In this document: positions 11,540 to 21,663 of the stretch, one piece after another
Layout: every line of letters starts with the position of its first letter
Numbering within the stretch: position 1 is the first letter of the stretch
From: Catajapyx aquilonaris
Taxonomy: Eukaryota
Direction: 5' to 3'
Assembly: GCA_000934665.2 (NCBI GenBank)
Contig: JYFJ02003521.1
Location: 1-40,603, forward strand
DNA: 40,603 nucleotides
Made by a program: the position numbers and the translations under genes
The notes under the pieces: model-generated
The model's database searches: none
What the model saw: the letters and a program-made list of their open reading frames with translations, nothing else
What the model was told of the DNA's origin: nothing

Positions 11540-12003
11540 ATCTTACACCTTCCCGTTGATCCACTGGGTCCTATGCCTACCACTTGGCGCGATTCGAACA
11601 CCATAGCCACTTGTTTTCTCGCAGCCGCTCGCAGCATGTTGCTGGCTCCGGCACAGTACCAAATACCAATGGTACCAATTCTCAACCTTTCGGAGCCTAA
11701 CAATACCAAGATTATAATAAATAGTCTTAAGTGTAATATTAATCATTATTGCTTGAACTAAGAGCGTGTAGTAGTTATATTTATCAATATTTAATTTATG
11801 TACAATATACATTGGCAACGCTGTTCTGGTCGGCCATCTTGCAGCGTCTAAAAGGTTTTTTTTTTCTCTCTTTTTCTTGTTGTTGCACCCGGTTTGACCT
11901 CTTCTCTCATCGTGGGAGGAAGTAGCGTCGGTCGGCGCTCGGGAAACCGGCGCGACTGATACACGCCAGCACCTATTTCTAGCACCGCAGGGCACCTTCG
12001 CAA
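11540..12003. promoter_or_regulatory. Putative bidirectional promoter and 5' UTRs shared by FANCM and U2AF1
   Basis: CpG-containing segments flank an AT-rich core. YY1-like CGGCCATCTTG at 11831-11841, pyrimidine tract at ~11856-11879, candidate minus-strand donor GTAAGA at 11546-11541. The FANCM ATG exon is preceded by an acceptor at 7005-7004, implying an upstream non-coding exon. Confidence 0.55.
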
Positions 12004-15000
12004 ATGGCCGAATATTTGGCCTCAATTTTCGGAACAGAGAAAGACAAGTAAGTTGCTCAACTGCCTCCCACCCTTTTATCAGTCTGAAGGTCTGTTCACA
12101 AAGGCATTCCAAAAGCATGTGGTACATGCAAAAATGAGCCTTACGTTGGAGCTGACCCACCCAATGTTTCAGACTGGTCTCGACTGTGCACTCAGACATG
12201 GCAGATGTATGGGCTAGCATCATGGTTGATTTAAATGCTAACGGTTCAAAGCATTACAGCACCAATGTAATTTTTATTGCGTACTGGGGCCAAGGACCTG
12301 GTCTAGGCCAACATTTATTTAGTTGTGGTTTTCAGCAAACTCGCAAACACCCTTGATTCATTTTATGTAGGTTACTAATATTTTTTAGGTTTTGCTAATT
12401 GATATAAATGTGCTAAATTGTGCAACAAAGCCATGCATATTTTCTAAGAAACTTATTAGTTTTGAATGTCTAAGTCACATTTTACTTGGTGCAAAATCAT
12501 GCATGCATAGAAACAGCACTTGGCAACCCCTTGCTACAAATGCAAAGCTCAAGAGATGATCTGCACAGATTGCCTCTCAGTGTGAAACATTGAAACCCAT
12601 GTGACCAAGAATAAAGCAAGGGGAGGCTGGCAGGGTAAAGGGGAGGTGACCAGTGGAGACTAAACTAATTGATCAGGAGAAAAGCTGGACATCTTTGACA
12701 AATGTGAAGCAACTTTAACCAGAAATAGACCTGCTGTGAGATGACCTGCTGGGCAACACCATCCAAACTGGGGCAGCATCAGCTACTCCCCGATTCACAT
12801 AAGTACGAACCTTTATGGATATACATACACCCGAGGGGTGAGCCGCCGCAAAATTAGTCCCCGGTATCGCTGGTTTTCTTGAAGAAACAGTGCTGGTACA
12901 TGTAATTCGAATGCCTAATTATCATGGGCAGCCCAAGTGGTAGCTGCAGCGCTACACAAACTGCACATTTTAGTGTGAGGAGCGGTCGGCCCCAGCATAG
13001 GAGGCACTACTTTCGGGTGTATAGATATCCAAAAAGGTTCGGACTTATGTGAATTGGAGTATAAAGGGTGCTGACTCAGTTTGTTATTGCATTTACCCTC
13101 TGCTTTGGAAACAGGCCTTGATTATATTATCATTTGAAAACACTAATGGACCTTTCCCTCCCAACAGGGTCAACTGCTCCTTCTATTTCAAGATCGGAGC
13201 ATGTCGCCATGGGGACCGCTGCTCCCGCATACACAACAAGCCAACCTTTAGCCAGACCATCGTGCTACAGAACCTGTATGTCAACCCACAGAACTCAGCC
13301 AAGTCTGCAGATGGTTCTCATCGTAAGGAGGCTCTCAGAATATTATGCTTAGCTTGTACTACTTTAAAAATTGCTTGCATCGTTGGAGGACAAACTGGTA
13401 CAAGCCAAACTGGAGAATAAGTTTTAGCAAGAGGCTATAGCTAAATCATGGCTGAGTTCAATGTTATGTCTAGATACAGCCTATTTATTGAGGTTCATCA
13501 TTGTTCACTAACATTGGCATTTAGTGAACTTCATGATTGCCCCTTACAGTGCCACATTATCAGAGATGCCACACTACACAATCGTGGTGGATTCATCAAA
13601 TGTCGTAAGTCAAATTTTCGTTGTAACCATAGTTAATTATTAGTAACTATGGTTAAGACCAGTTACGACGAAAATTTGACTTACGACATTTGATGAATCC
13701 AGCCCCAGTATTGTCGTAAAATCATCAAGTTCATTAAGAGTCAGCTCAAGTGAACAGTGTCACAAAAAACAGTCACCTGCAAAAGCCTATTGATGTGAAA
13801 ATTATTGCAGGTTCCTACTACTAAATTCACGGTGGAAGACCGGATAGGCTCCACCCCCTACCACTGGTCATGGCCAGCTCTGCTGCCAAATGTGGAAGGT
13901 TCGATGGTTTATGGCAGGGGACTGCTTTATTTACCTCTTCTACCCCAATAAACCCTATTGTACCTCTCCCGACATCCATCCCTCCCCTTGAGGCGATTGC
14001 CACTCTTGGCAACTCAGCAGGAGTGTGCCAAGCCGGGAAAAACGGTTAAGCTCTACTCCAATGGTATTTCTCCATAAGCTTTCCCTAATACTACAAAAAT
14101 GTCGAACGTATTTCCAAACGTGATTTTGCAGTGGGCAGGGCCTATCCGGTCTTCCACCATGAATTTAGTAGTAGCACTTGATGCAGGCACTTGAAACTTG
14201 AAAAATTGCCAGCATGTAACCTTCTGACTTACGTCTCATCTGAGGAAACATTTTGCAATTCTGGCTTTCAATTTTTAGTAGACATTATCAGCACCTCGGC
14301 CTTAAAAATATTAGCCTAATAAGGCAAACTGCCATCCTGCAGATTCCCTACCTTACTGGTGAGGTTGCTGCAATCAGAGTATGGTAATTACTATAGTATA
14401 TACACGGTGTTCCAAGTTCATGGGTCGTTTTTAGTTTTAATTGGTGCACTCAGCATTAACAACTCAATGGAAAAATTAGCTATATGAGTAAGTGCAACAG
14501 CACTTTTTACTTAAAGTTTTCTTGCACTATACAAAGCTTTGTCATATGCACAGATTACACCTCCTCTCTGATCATAATCCCTTTGGTAGTAAATATCTGC
14601 TTTAAAGGAAGGGTTCAGTGATTTTGCATGTTGGGCTTCAAAGATCAAGGAAGACTTCCTGATTCCAAAAATGTGGGCAGTTTTTGAATGTAACGCCGCG
14701 TAAGCAAATGCTGTCAGGTCAGAGTCACAATCCGCTACAGTTATATCGAGCCGCCCGCGGAGATCCCGGTAACCTGCATGGACAAGTGGCCCAATGAGAT
14801 TGGCTTACTACCGCAGAGCCAATTTTTGAACTAGGAAGTGGATGGATCACTTGGCGGTTCCTCCAACGCCGTCACATGCAGGCCAAGATGTGGGCAATTT
14901 ATTCCTCATCTCCCTCCGGATTATACCTCACGACACTACCCGTCTTGGTAGTCTCGAACTGGTACGGAAGTGTCCCGCCATGAGCATCACTCCAAGCATC

Positions 15001-18000
15001 ACTCGGCCGCAAGGTCAGATCACTTGAACCCCTCTCTCCCACTCGCCCTTCCCTTCTCATCCTCCCCTGCCTTCCCATGGCCCTTGGCACCCGGGGCGGG
15101 TTCTGCTCGGGTCGAAAAAACAAAAACCTGACTTGCCTGAGGTTTGTCGCTATGGGGGCTGCCATCTTTATCTAGAGATTCCATCCTCGCCACTATCGGG
15201 AACATGTGTTCAACGCAGATTTTTTTTAAAAAATCAACTTTGACTAGAAAAGACCTGTTCAAAGTTATCGTGACTCAGAAAGGCAACCTGCATGGCTCAA
15301 TGATTCATGTCTTTAGATTGGAGCAGATCACTGAAACTTGGCAACGCATGGGAGTTGGATCAAAATGTTGCTGTCAAGTCACTCGAATATATGTCATTCA
15401 ATGGAAGAATGCTTCTAAAGGTTGACCTTCAACAGTTTCGAGAAAGAGTTCGGCCTTGCTTTGCCATCGAACGCCATCTTGAGTCTGCCCCTCTCTCTCC
15501 TCTCTCTCTTTTAGGGGAGAGTGAGGGAGAGGAGAGGGAGTGAGGGAGAGATACGCGATTGGGCAAACGCGTGATATCTTGATTGAACTTGCATTTCGCA
15601 TGATTGACACTCTCACGAGGCATTTGTCCAACGCTATTATTCTTACAACATTTTTACGCTGTAAAACCCACATAAATTGTCGTTGGCGCAACTGTTATTA
15701 TGATATGGTGCCCCATGTGGCAACATATTTTGAATACTACCAAGGCCGCCAGATAGCAACACTTACCACATCAAAGATACAGTGAGTGGTGAACACAGCG
15801 GGGTTAGCGTACAACTAGGTGCATAGAATATACACTACACGATGAGCCTAATTTTTGTCGTTTAGGTTGCAGGGCTACTCAGGGTAACCTTGAACAGGTC
15901 CTTTTACGCTTGTGGTGCAATTGCTACCAAAACGGACCAGATCTTCAGAATCAGGGAGTCCTGCTTGATTTTTGAAGCCCAACGTGCAAAATCCCTGAAC
16001 CCTTCCTTTAAACCGTATAAGTAACAAGTAATTGTGCACTGGTTTATTTTGACTGGAAGTGCTGAGCTTAGAAAATAATCATGTATTTTCTAGCAGAACG
16101 AGGCAGACATCTTAACTCTTCTTTTTATTATTTCCTCTCTCCCCTAAAACTGTCCAGTGGCAAATGTGTCGGATGAGGAAATGCAGGAGCACTATGACAA
16201 CTTCTTTGAGGATGTCTTTGTCGAATGTGAGGACAAGTATGGGGAGATAGAGGAGATGAATGTGTGTGACAACCTCGGAGATCACCTTGTTGGCAACGTC
16301 TACATCAAGGTTGGTGAATAGGATATCAATTTAGAGGTTTTGAATAATTTTCTTACAATTACTTTCGACTTCAGTTTCGCAGAGAGGAAGATGCTGAGAA
16401 GGCAGTAGCCGATTTAAACAATCGCTGGTTTGGTGGTCGCCCCATTTATGCAGAGCTCAGTCCTGTTACTGACTTTCGTGAGGCTTGCTGCCGCCAATAT
16501 GAAATGGGGTGAGTGTATAATTCTAATACAGACTAAGTATATTTCAGTACAATTGAAAATCATGATGTCTAAGTGGCTCTTGATTTGATATGGGTCTGAT
16601 GGATGATTGTATCAAAGTCTATTCAAGGGTACTGTCTGCCACCTACTTATGTAGCCTCAACCTACATAGATACGGACTTAGGTAATAAATTTTGGTCATG
16701 CCCAAAAAATGTGCAGAATTTACAGGATAAACTTGTAACATGAGATTTTGCCACTTGCAAAAAAATGAGTTAAAATGCTGCCTCTGGAAACCCGAATCTG
16801 CCCACAGATACTCATTCCCTGACCCATATTACACAGGTGTAAGTATGCAGGTCTTCGAGACTACAATATTTTTCACCACCTGGGATCCCCCGTCCTTGCT
16901 CATGATGATTTTAATTAGATGCAAGCATTGCGAACTGGGCAGTTATTTTAGTATCACACCATTACTGTCTGTTGTGTGTGTTGCAGGCCAAGGAATGTTA
17001 TGTTTTTTTCTAATCTGCATCTTGTTAATTGGAAGCCATGGTGCTGAGACCAGGGACCGAGCAAAAGATGATGTGGTGTAGGCATATCGCATAAGGTAGT
17101 TTTTATAATATAGCCTGGCTCCGAGTTAGGTATTGGATTGCGGCTCAATCTCCTTGCATAAATCGGGAGCTGCCTGTTCTGTACAAGTTAGGGGCTGTTT
17201 CTTGCAAACCTCATGCCCAAGAACTGTCCGTTTTTTGGGTCTTCAAAATACATGCCATAAACAATTTGCAGGGGCTCTAACAGAGGGATGATTGTAATGG
17301 GAGGAACTCTCATGGTATACAGGGCGTTTCAGCAGGGCCACCTAGAGACAAGGCCAGGGCGCCGAAATCATGACGTCACGATTGGGGGCGAGCTTCTCCA
17401 TAAGCGGGCTATGGCAGGAGCACGTTTTTGTACACATTTCAGCGAATTTCGTCATACCAATGCATCGGAGGCCCATGACACCCTCTAATTGATGTCAGGG
17501 AAATGATTTGGTGATTCCAACGATGTGAGAAATTCGCAAATGTTTTTGTTTGACAGTAGTAAATTGTGGGGGAGAACCCAGCTGTCCTTCGTCCAGATGT
17601 CAATTACTTATTCCCTCGAAATTATCCACTCTGATTGAGATAACACTGGTCTACAAAATTGTTGTACAATTGGTCTACAAGTTTTGGGTATGTACTGTAT
17701 GTAATTATCAACAGCTGAATGGTATTATGTTGCGTAATGTGCTAATTTTGGTTCAATGCTTATGAGTATAACTTGAATGTTACGTTTGAACTTTTTCCGC
17801 AAAATAGGAAATATGAAATAATATTAAAATTAATGCTTTATAATTTAAAACCCCGTTGTTATTAATTATTCCTGCACTTCTTCCTCATGCCTGACATCCT
17901 TCGTCTTATATATCGCCGAATATGCAGACACATTGCACACATACTAAATCGAATTTGGTGCCGTTGGAATCCCCACATTCTTTCCCTGACATCAATTAGA

Positions 18001-19746
18001 GGGTGTCATGGGCCTTCGATGCATTGGTATGACTAAATTCGCTGAAATGTGTACAAAAACGTGCTCCCGCCATAGCCCGCTTATGGAAAAGCTAGCCCCC
18101 AATCGTGACGTCACAGCGATCCACCCGTTCCCGCGCCCTGGCCTTGTCTCTAGGTGGCCCTGGTTTCAGAGTCACGGGTCAAGCGCATGCGAGGGGGTGG
18201 GGAAAAATCGTAGGTGGCAACTACCCGGGTCAGTTTTATAAAACAATGAGAAATACGGCAGTAATCAATTTATTTATTACGCCTATCCGGTGTGACATGA
18301 CATCCTACTTTCTGTTCGAACTGAGTGGCACGGAGTGGCAAAGCAAGGCAAATGCATTGGGTTGAACCTGGTTGACGGGTTTTTAGCCTTGCGGGTTGCA
18401 CTGGAAAAGGCGCTCTCATGCTATGTACAAAGTAGTGTACTACTGTACAGTGGTGTGTTCAGTACCCTGCCGTTGTAGCATCAGAGCGCCTTTTCCAGTG
18501 AAACCCACAAGGCTAAAAACCCTTCAACCAGGTTCAACCCAATGCATTTGCCTTGCATTTGCCACTCCGCGCCACTCAGTTCAAACAGAAAGTAGGATGT
18601 GACGTCACGCAGTACGGCCATAATAAATAAATTGATTACTGCCGTATTTCTCGTTGTTTTATAAAACCGACCTGGGTAGTCGCCACCTATGATTTTTCCC
18701 CACCCCCTCGAGCGCGCTTGACCCTTGACTCTGAAACTCCCTGTATAAGAGTCATGATTGACCGGGTGATTCCAGCATGAACTAGAGGTTTGTATTGGTG
18801 AGCCAATGAGGAAAAAGAAAGGATAGGATCAGGCAGGGAGTGATGGGCAGTCAGTTGTGTAGTTGTCTGGGGAGGGTGTGGTGTCAAAGCATCTCACTCC
18901 AGTCTGTCACAGAATGTTGTCCAGCAAACATGGAATAATGTGTGGTTTTGCACAAATGGTGCATTGACTGCTACATCAGTTGTCAGTCACCAAGTAGTGC
19001 TATGCTTCACGTGAACCTTCACTGCAGTTGTGGAGTCATAACCCATGAAAATAGACTCAAGTAGAGGACTGGCAGGCAGAACTTAATGTGTCCAGATGTG
19101 TGGTCATGTGAAAGTATTTACTAATCATGATTAGGTTACATTTTCACTTAATGGCTCATATTTTGTTATTTAGGGTCCAATGGACTTGACAGATATAGAA
19201 ACAGTTTCTTTGAGAATATGTGATGTTTGTCCATTTTAAAGCCAGAAGTAAGCCTGGAGTACTTAAGACGCACTGAATCTTCGTAAATTGATTTAATTTT
19301 GTACTGAAAGTTTAGAAAACAAAGCACTAATAGTATTTCATTTCAGTGAATGCACACGCAGTGGCTTCTGCAACTTCATGCACTTGAAACCCATATCAAG
19401 GGAGCTTCGTCGGTACTTGTATAGCCGCAGGCGCAGGAAAAGGTTTGTCTTAGGGAGATATGTTGTGCAGTTGTTCAGGCAGGGTGAAATTATATTTTTT
19501 CTACAATTTAGCCGAAGCCGAAGCCGAGGAAGACATCGTTCTCGCAGCCGTGAACGCAGAAGCCGCAGCCGTGAGAGGGGTGGTCCAAGCAGTGGCGGAA
19601 GGTCCAGGTCCAGGGAGAGAAGGCGTTCCAGGTCTAGGGAGAATCATGAGGGTGGAGGAGGGCCTGGAGGAAGTGGGGGAGGTGGTAGTGGAGGAAGGGG
19701 GAGAGACAAGGACAGGGAGAGGGAGGGAAGATCTGGAAGATACTAG
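12004..19746 (+). CDS. U2AF1: Splicing factor U2AF small subunit (U2AF35/U2af38), complete, 271 aa
   Basis: Exons 12004-12047 ([15 protein letters not shown]), 13168-13322 ([25 protein letters not shown], ZnF1), 16158-16309 and 16375-16508 ([17 protein letters not shown]...RWFGGRP), 19347-19442 ([12 protein letters not shown], ZnF2), 19512-19746 (RS/Gly tail, TAG). Total 816 nt, all GT-AG and in phase. Confidence 0.98.
12786..13059. mobile_element. TA-flanked MITE in U2AF1 intron 1
   Basis: ATTCACATAAGTACGAACCTTTATGGATATACATACACCCGA is inverted as TCGGGTGTATAGATATCCAAAAAGGTTCGGACTTATGTGAAT. Confidence 0.8.
13584..13707. mobile_element. Harbinger-like hairpin MITE, inside an older inverted repeat (~13498-13760)
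   Basis: TGGATTCATCAAATGTCGTAAGTCAAATTTTCG / CGAAAATTTGACTTACGACATTTGATGAATCCA. Confidence 0.75.
13815..14174. mobile_element. MITE, unclassified
   Basis: CTACTACTAAATTCACGGTGGAAGACCGGATAGGC / GCCTATCCGGTCTTCCACCATGAATTTAGTAGTAG. Confidence 0.8.
14606..16007. mobile_element. Kolobok-like non-autonomous DNA transposon (1.4 kb)
   Basis: TTAA|AGGAAGGGTTCAGTGATTTTGCATGTTGGGCTTCAAA... / ...TTTGAAGCCCAACGTGCAAAATCCCTGAACCCTTCCT|TTAA. AG..CT termini with a TTAA TSD are typical of Kolobok. Confidence 0.8.
17320..18743. mobile_element. Tc1-like fold-back element (~270-bp TIRs) interrupted by a second element
   Basis: TA|CAGGGCGTTTCAG...; 18163-~18425 is the reverse complement of ~18475-18736; ends ...CTGAAACTCCCTG|TA. 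Confidence 0.85.
17333..18162. mobile_element. Nested non-autonomous element with ~190-bp TIRs and a 7-bp TSD
   Basis: CAGGGCCACCTAGAGACAAGGCCAGGGCGC / GCGCCCTGGCCTTGTCTCTAGGTGGCCCTG; TSD GTTTCAG (17326-17332, 18163-18169). Confidence 0.85.
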
Positions 19747-21663
19747 AGGCCAGAAATATTCCCACACTTGGAAGCATCAAATAAAAAGCCCTAACCCTGA
19801 GATCATGAAGTGATTGCTTCAAGGCAATTGGAACTCTCCAGGCATCTTTTGTGTTTGTGGCTTACTTTCATCTTTACATTGCTCCCTGGCACTTGCCCCT
19901 GTCTCAGAAAGGATGTGGGCATGGCAAGTGTCAGTGGCAACAAATTATTTGTATTGATGTATAGGCCAGCAGTTCCAACCTAGTAGCCATAGCCTACTCT
20001 TTCCCTTCCCCTCCTGTTTACAGCAGAGACTTGTCCAATGTGTGATTTTTGTCTCTTTGATGGTCTTCAATGTACTTCTATCACACACCAATAATAATTT
20101 ACATCACATATAAATTCATGGAAAGGAGCAATTAGGTTACATACAGGTTTTATTGTATGTAGTTTGCACAACTTGGACAAAGCATCCTTCCATGTATTTT
20201 ACCTACCTACCTAACAAGGGAACCCTGAGAGATGTGTGGCATGGTCTACTGGGTTTTGTGAACGACAATGTTGGAACCATTGGCCTGTATGTTGAATCTA
20301 TAATAGCATCATCAGTAATCTGGTACTGACATCAGAGAGTCTACAATGAATGTAACAATTAATGGCTAGTGACATCAGTACTAAGTTCTGATGATCCTAT
20401 TACACCTTATTTAATCATAATTAATGGGTAGTAAAAATAGCCCAGGGTTGGTGTCAGTGACGTTGCAATTGAGATTTTGGTGGTGTCATTTATATTTTTA
20501 TAATTATGAGAAGCCAGCTATTCTCGCCCTCAGAAAGAATTGCTGTGGAGTGCATATTTAGGGGCTTTTGCAAGGCATATTTTTTTCACTGTAATAAAAA
20601 TGACGACTACAATTTTTGAAATGGGTGATACTTCCCGGTTGACGATAAGATGAATCATATGCATTCTTAGAGCTGCATATAAAGGGTGTGATTGTACGCG
20701 ACAGATCCGTTATGAAACGAGTGATTTTATTAGTAATAAGAATTGCTGAGCTCCAAATTAGGCGAATTTCTTGGATGACTGTGACAGTTTTTTTTTACGA
20801 GATGATTCTCTGTTTACTATATGATTTATATGAATTTTGATAGCTGCATGTAAAAAGGGTGTGAATGTAATGTGAGAAGGAATTTTCAGTATGTGTGAGA
20901 TGGTGTGCAATTCCAAATGGTAGCTCCCGATTTGAGAATTCTTGGTAATCAAACCATAAATATCCCTGGGAAAGTAGTGAAATTCTAATTATCGTAGTAA
21001 GGTAACATTCTACAGTATGTCTCTTACGTCAGAGGAGTAAATCAAGCAGGAAACATGCCTGGTGTCCAGTTAATATGACCTCTCGTTCCTTCCCTAATGA
21101 ACTGCATGTGCCGTCAAATGGGTATTATTAGTTTGAACAAATTGTCACCAGTTTATACAAACCAATATCTTTTTAACTGTGGGGGGTTCTGCAAGTGAAA
21201 CCAACCCCATTGGGATATCAGTACCTTCTTGTTTGCTCCATGATCTGATATGATGATGGCATAAATGTGTACAACTTTTCTGCTTTTCACACCATTTGGT
21301 TTTGTGTCTAGTATCAAGATAGTTGAAATAGAGAGCTTCCAGTGGAATTCACTATTGTCAAAGAATTATTGAATCAAATTTTATATATACTATTGATAAT
21401 AACTGACCTCACCAAGTATGGTTGATTGTGATGAATTGACGTAAATTGAAGTGATTTTTGTATATGTGTCACAGTGTGACATGTGGCAACCCCGGGGTTG
21501 CCACATGGGATGTGATATATGTAAGCTATTCAAAACCATGATTTAATTTCTATATAGCTTGTGGGCCAGTTCCTTTAAGGTTCAGGTCATGGTATTGTGT
21601 AGGGTTTGCATACACAAAGTAGATGAGCAACAACTATGTAGTAGCAAGCCAATTTAATAAAAG

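Noticed and set aside
11543..12223. 226-aa minus-strand ORF (and the 180-aa plus ORF at 11219-11761)
   Set aside because: They overlap the promoter, U2AF1 exon 1 and a piggyBac MITE, show no recognisable domain, and are likely chance ORFs.
13323..16157. Duplicated mutually exclusive exon like vertebrate U2AF1 exon 3/Ab
   Set aside because: No second copy of the [18 protein letters not shown] segment was seen; the intron is largely explained by MITEs.
16561..16625. Possible C/D box snoRNA in a U2AF1 intron (ATGATG...CTGA...ATGATT)
   Set aside because: No terminal stem, final D box or recognisable rRNA antisense element could be established by eye.
19460..19822. Overlapping alternative-frame ORFs over the U2AF1 last exon
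   Set aside because: They are by-products of the stop-poor, low-complexity RS/Gly-coding sequence.
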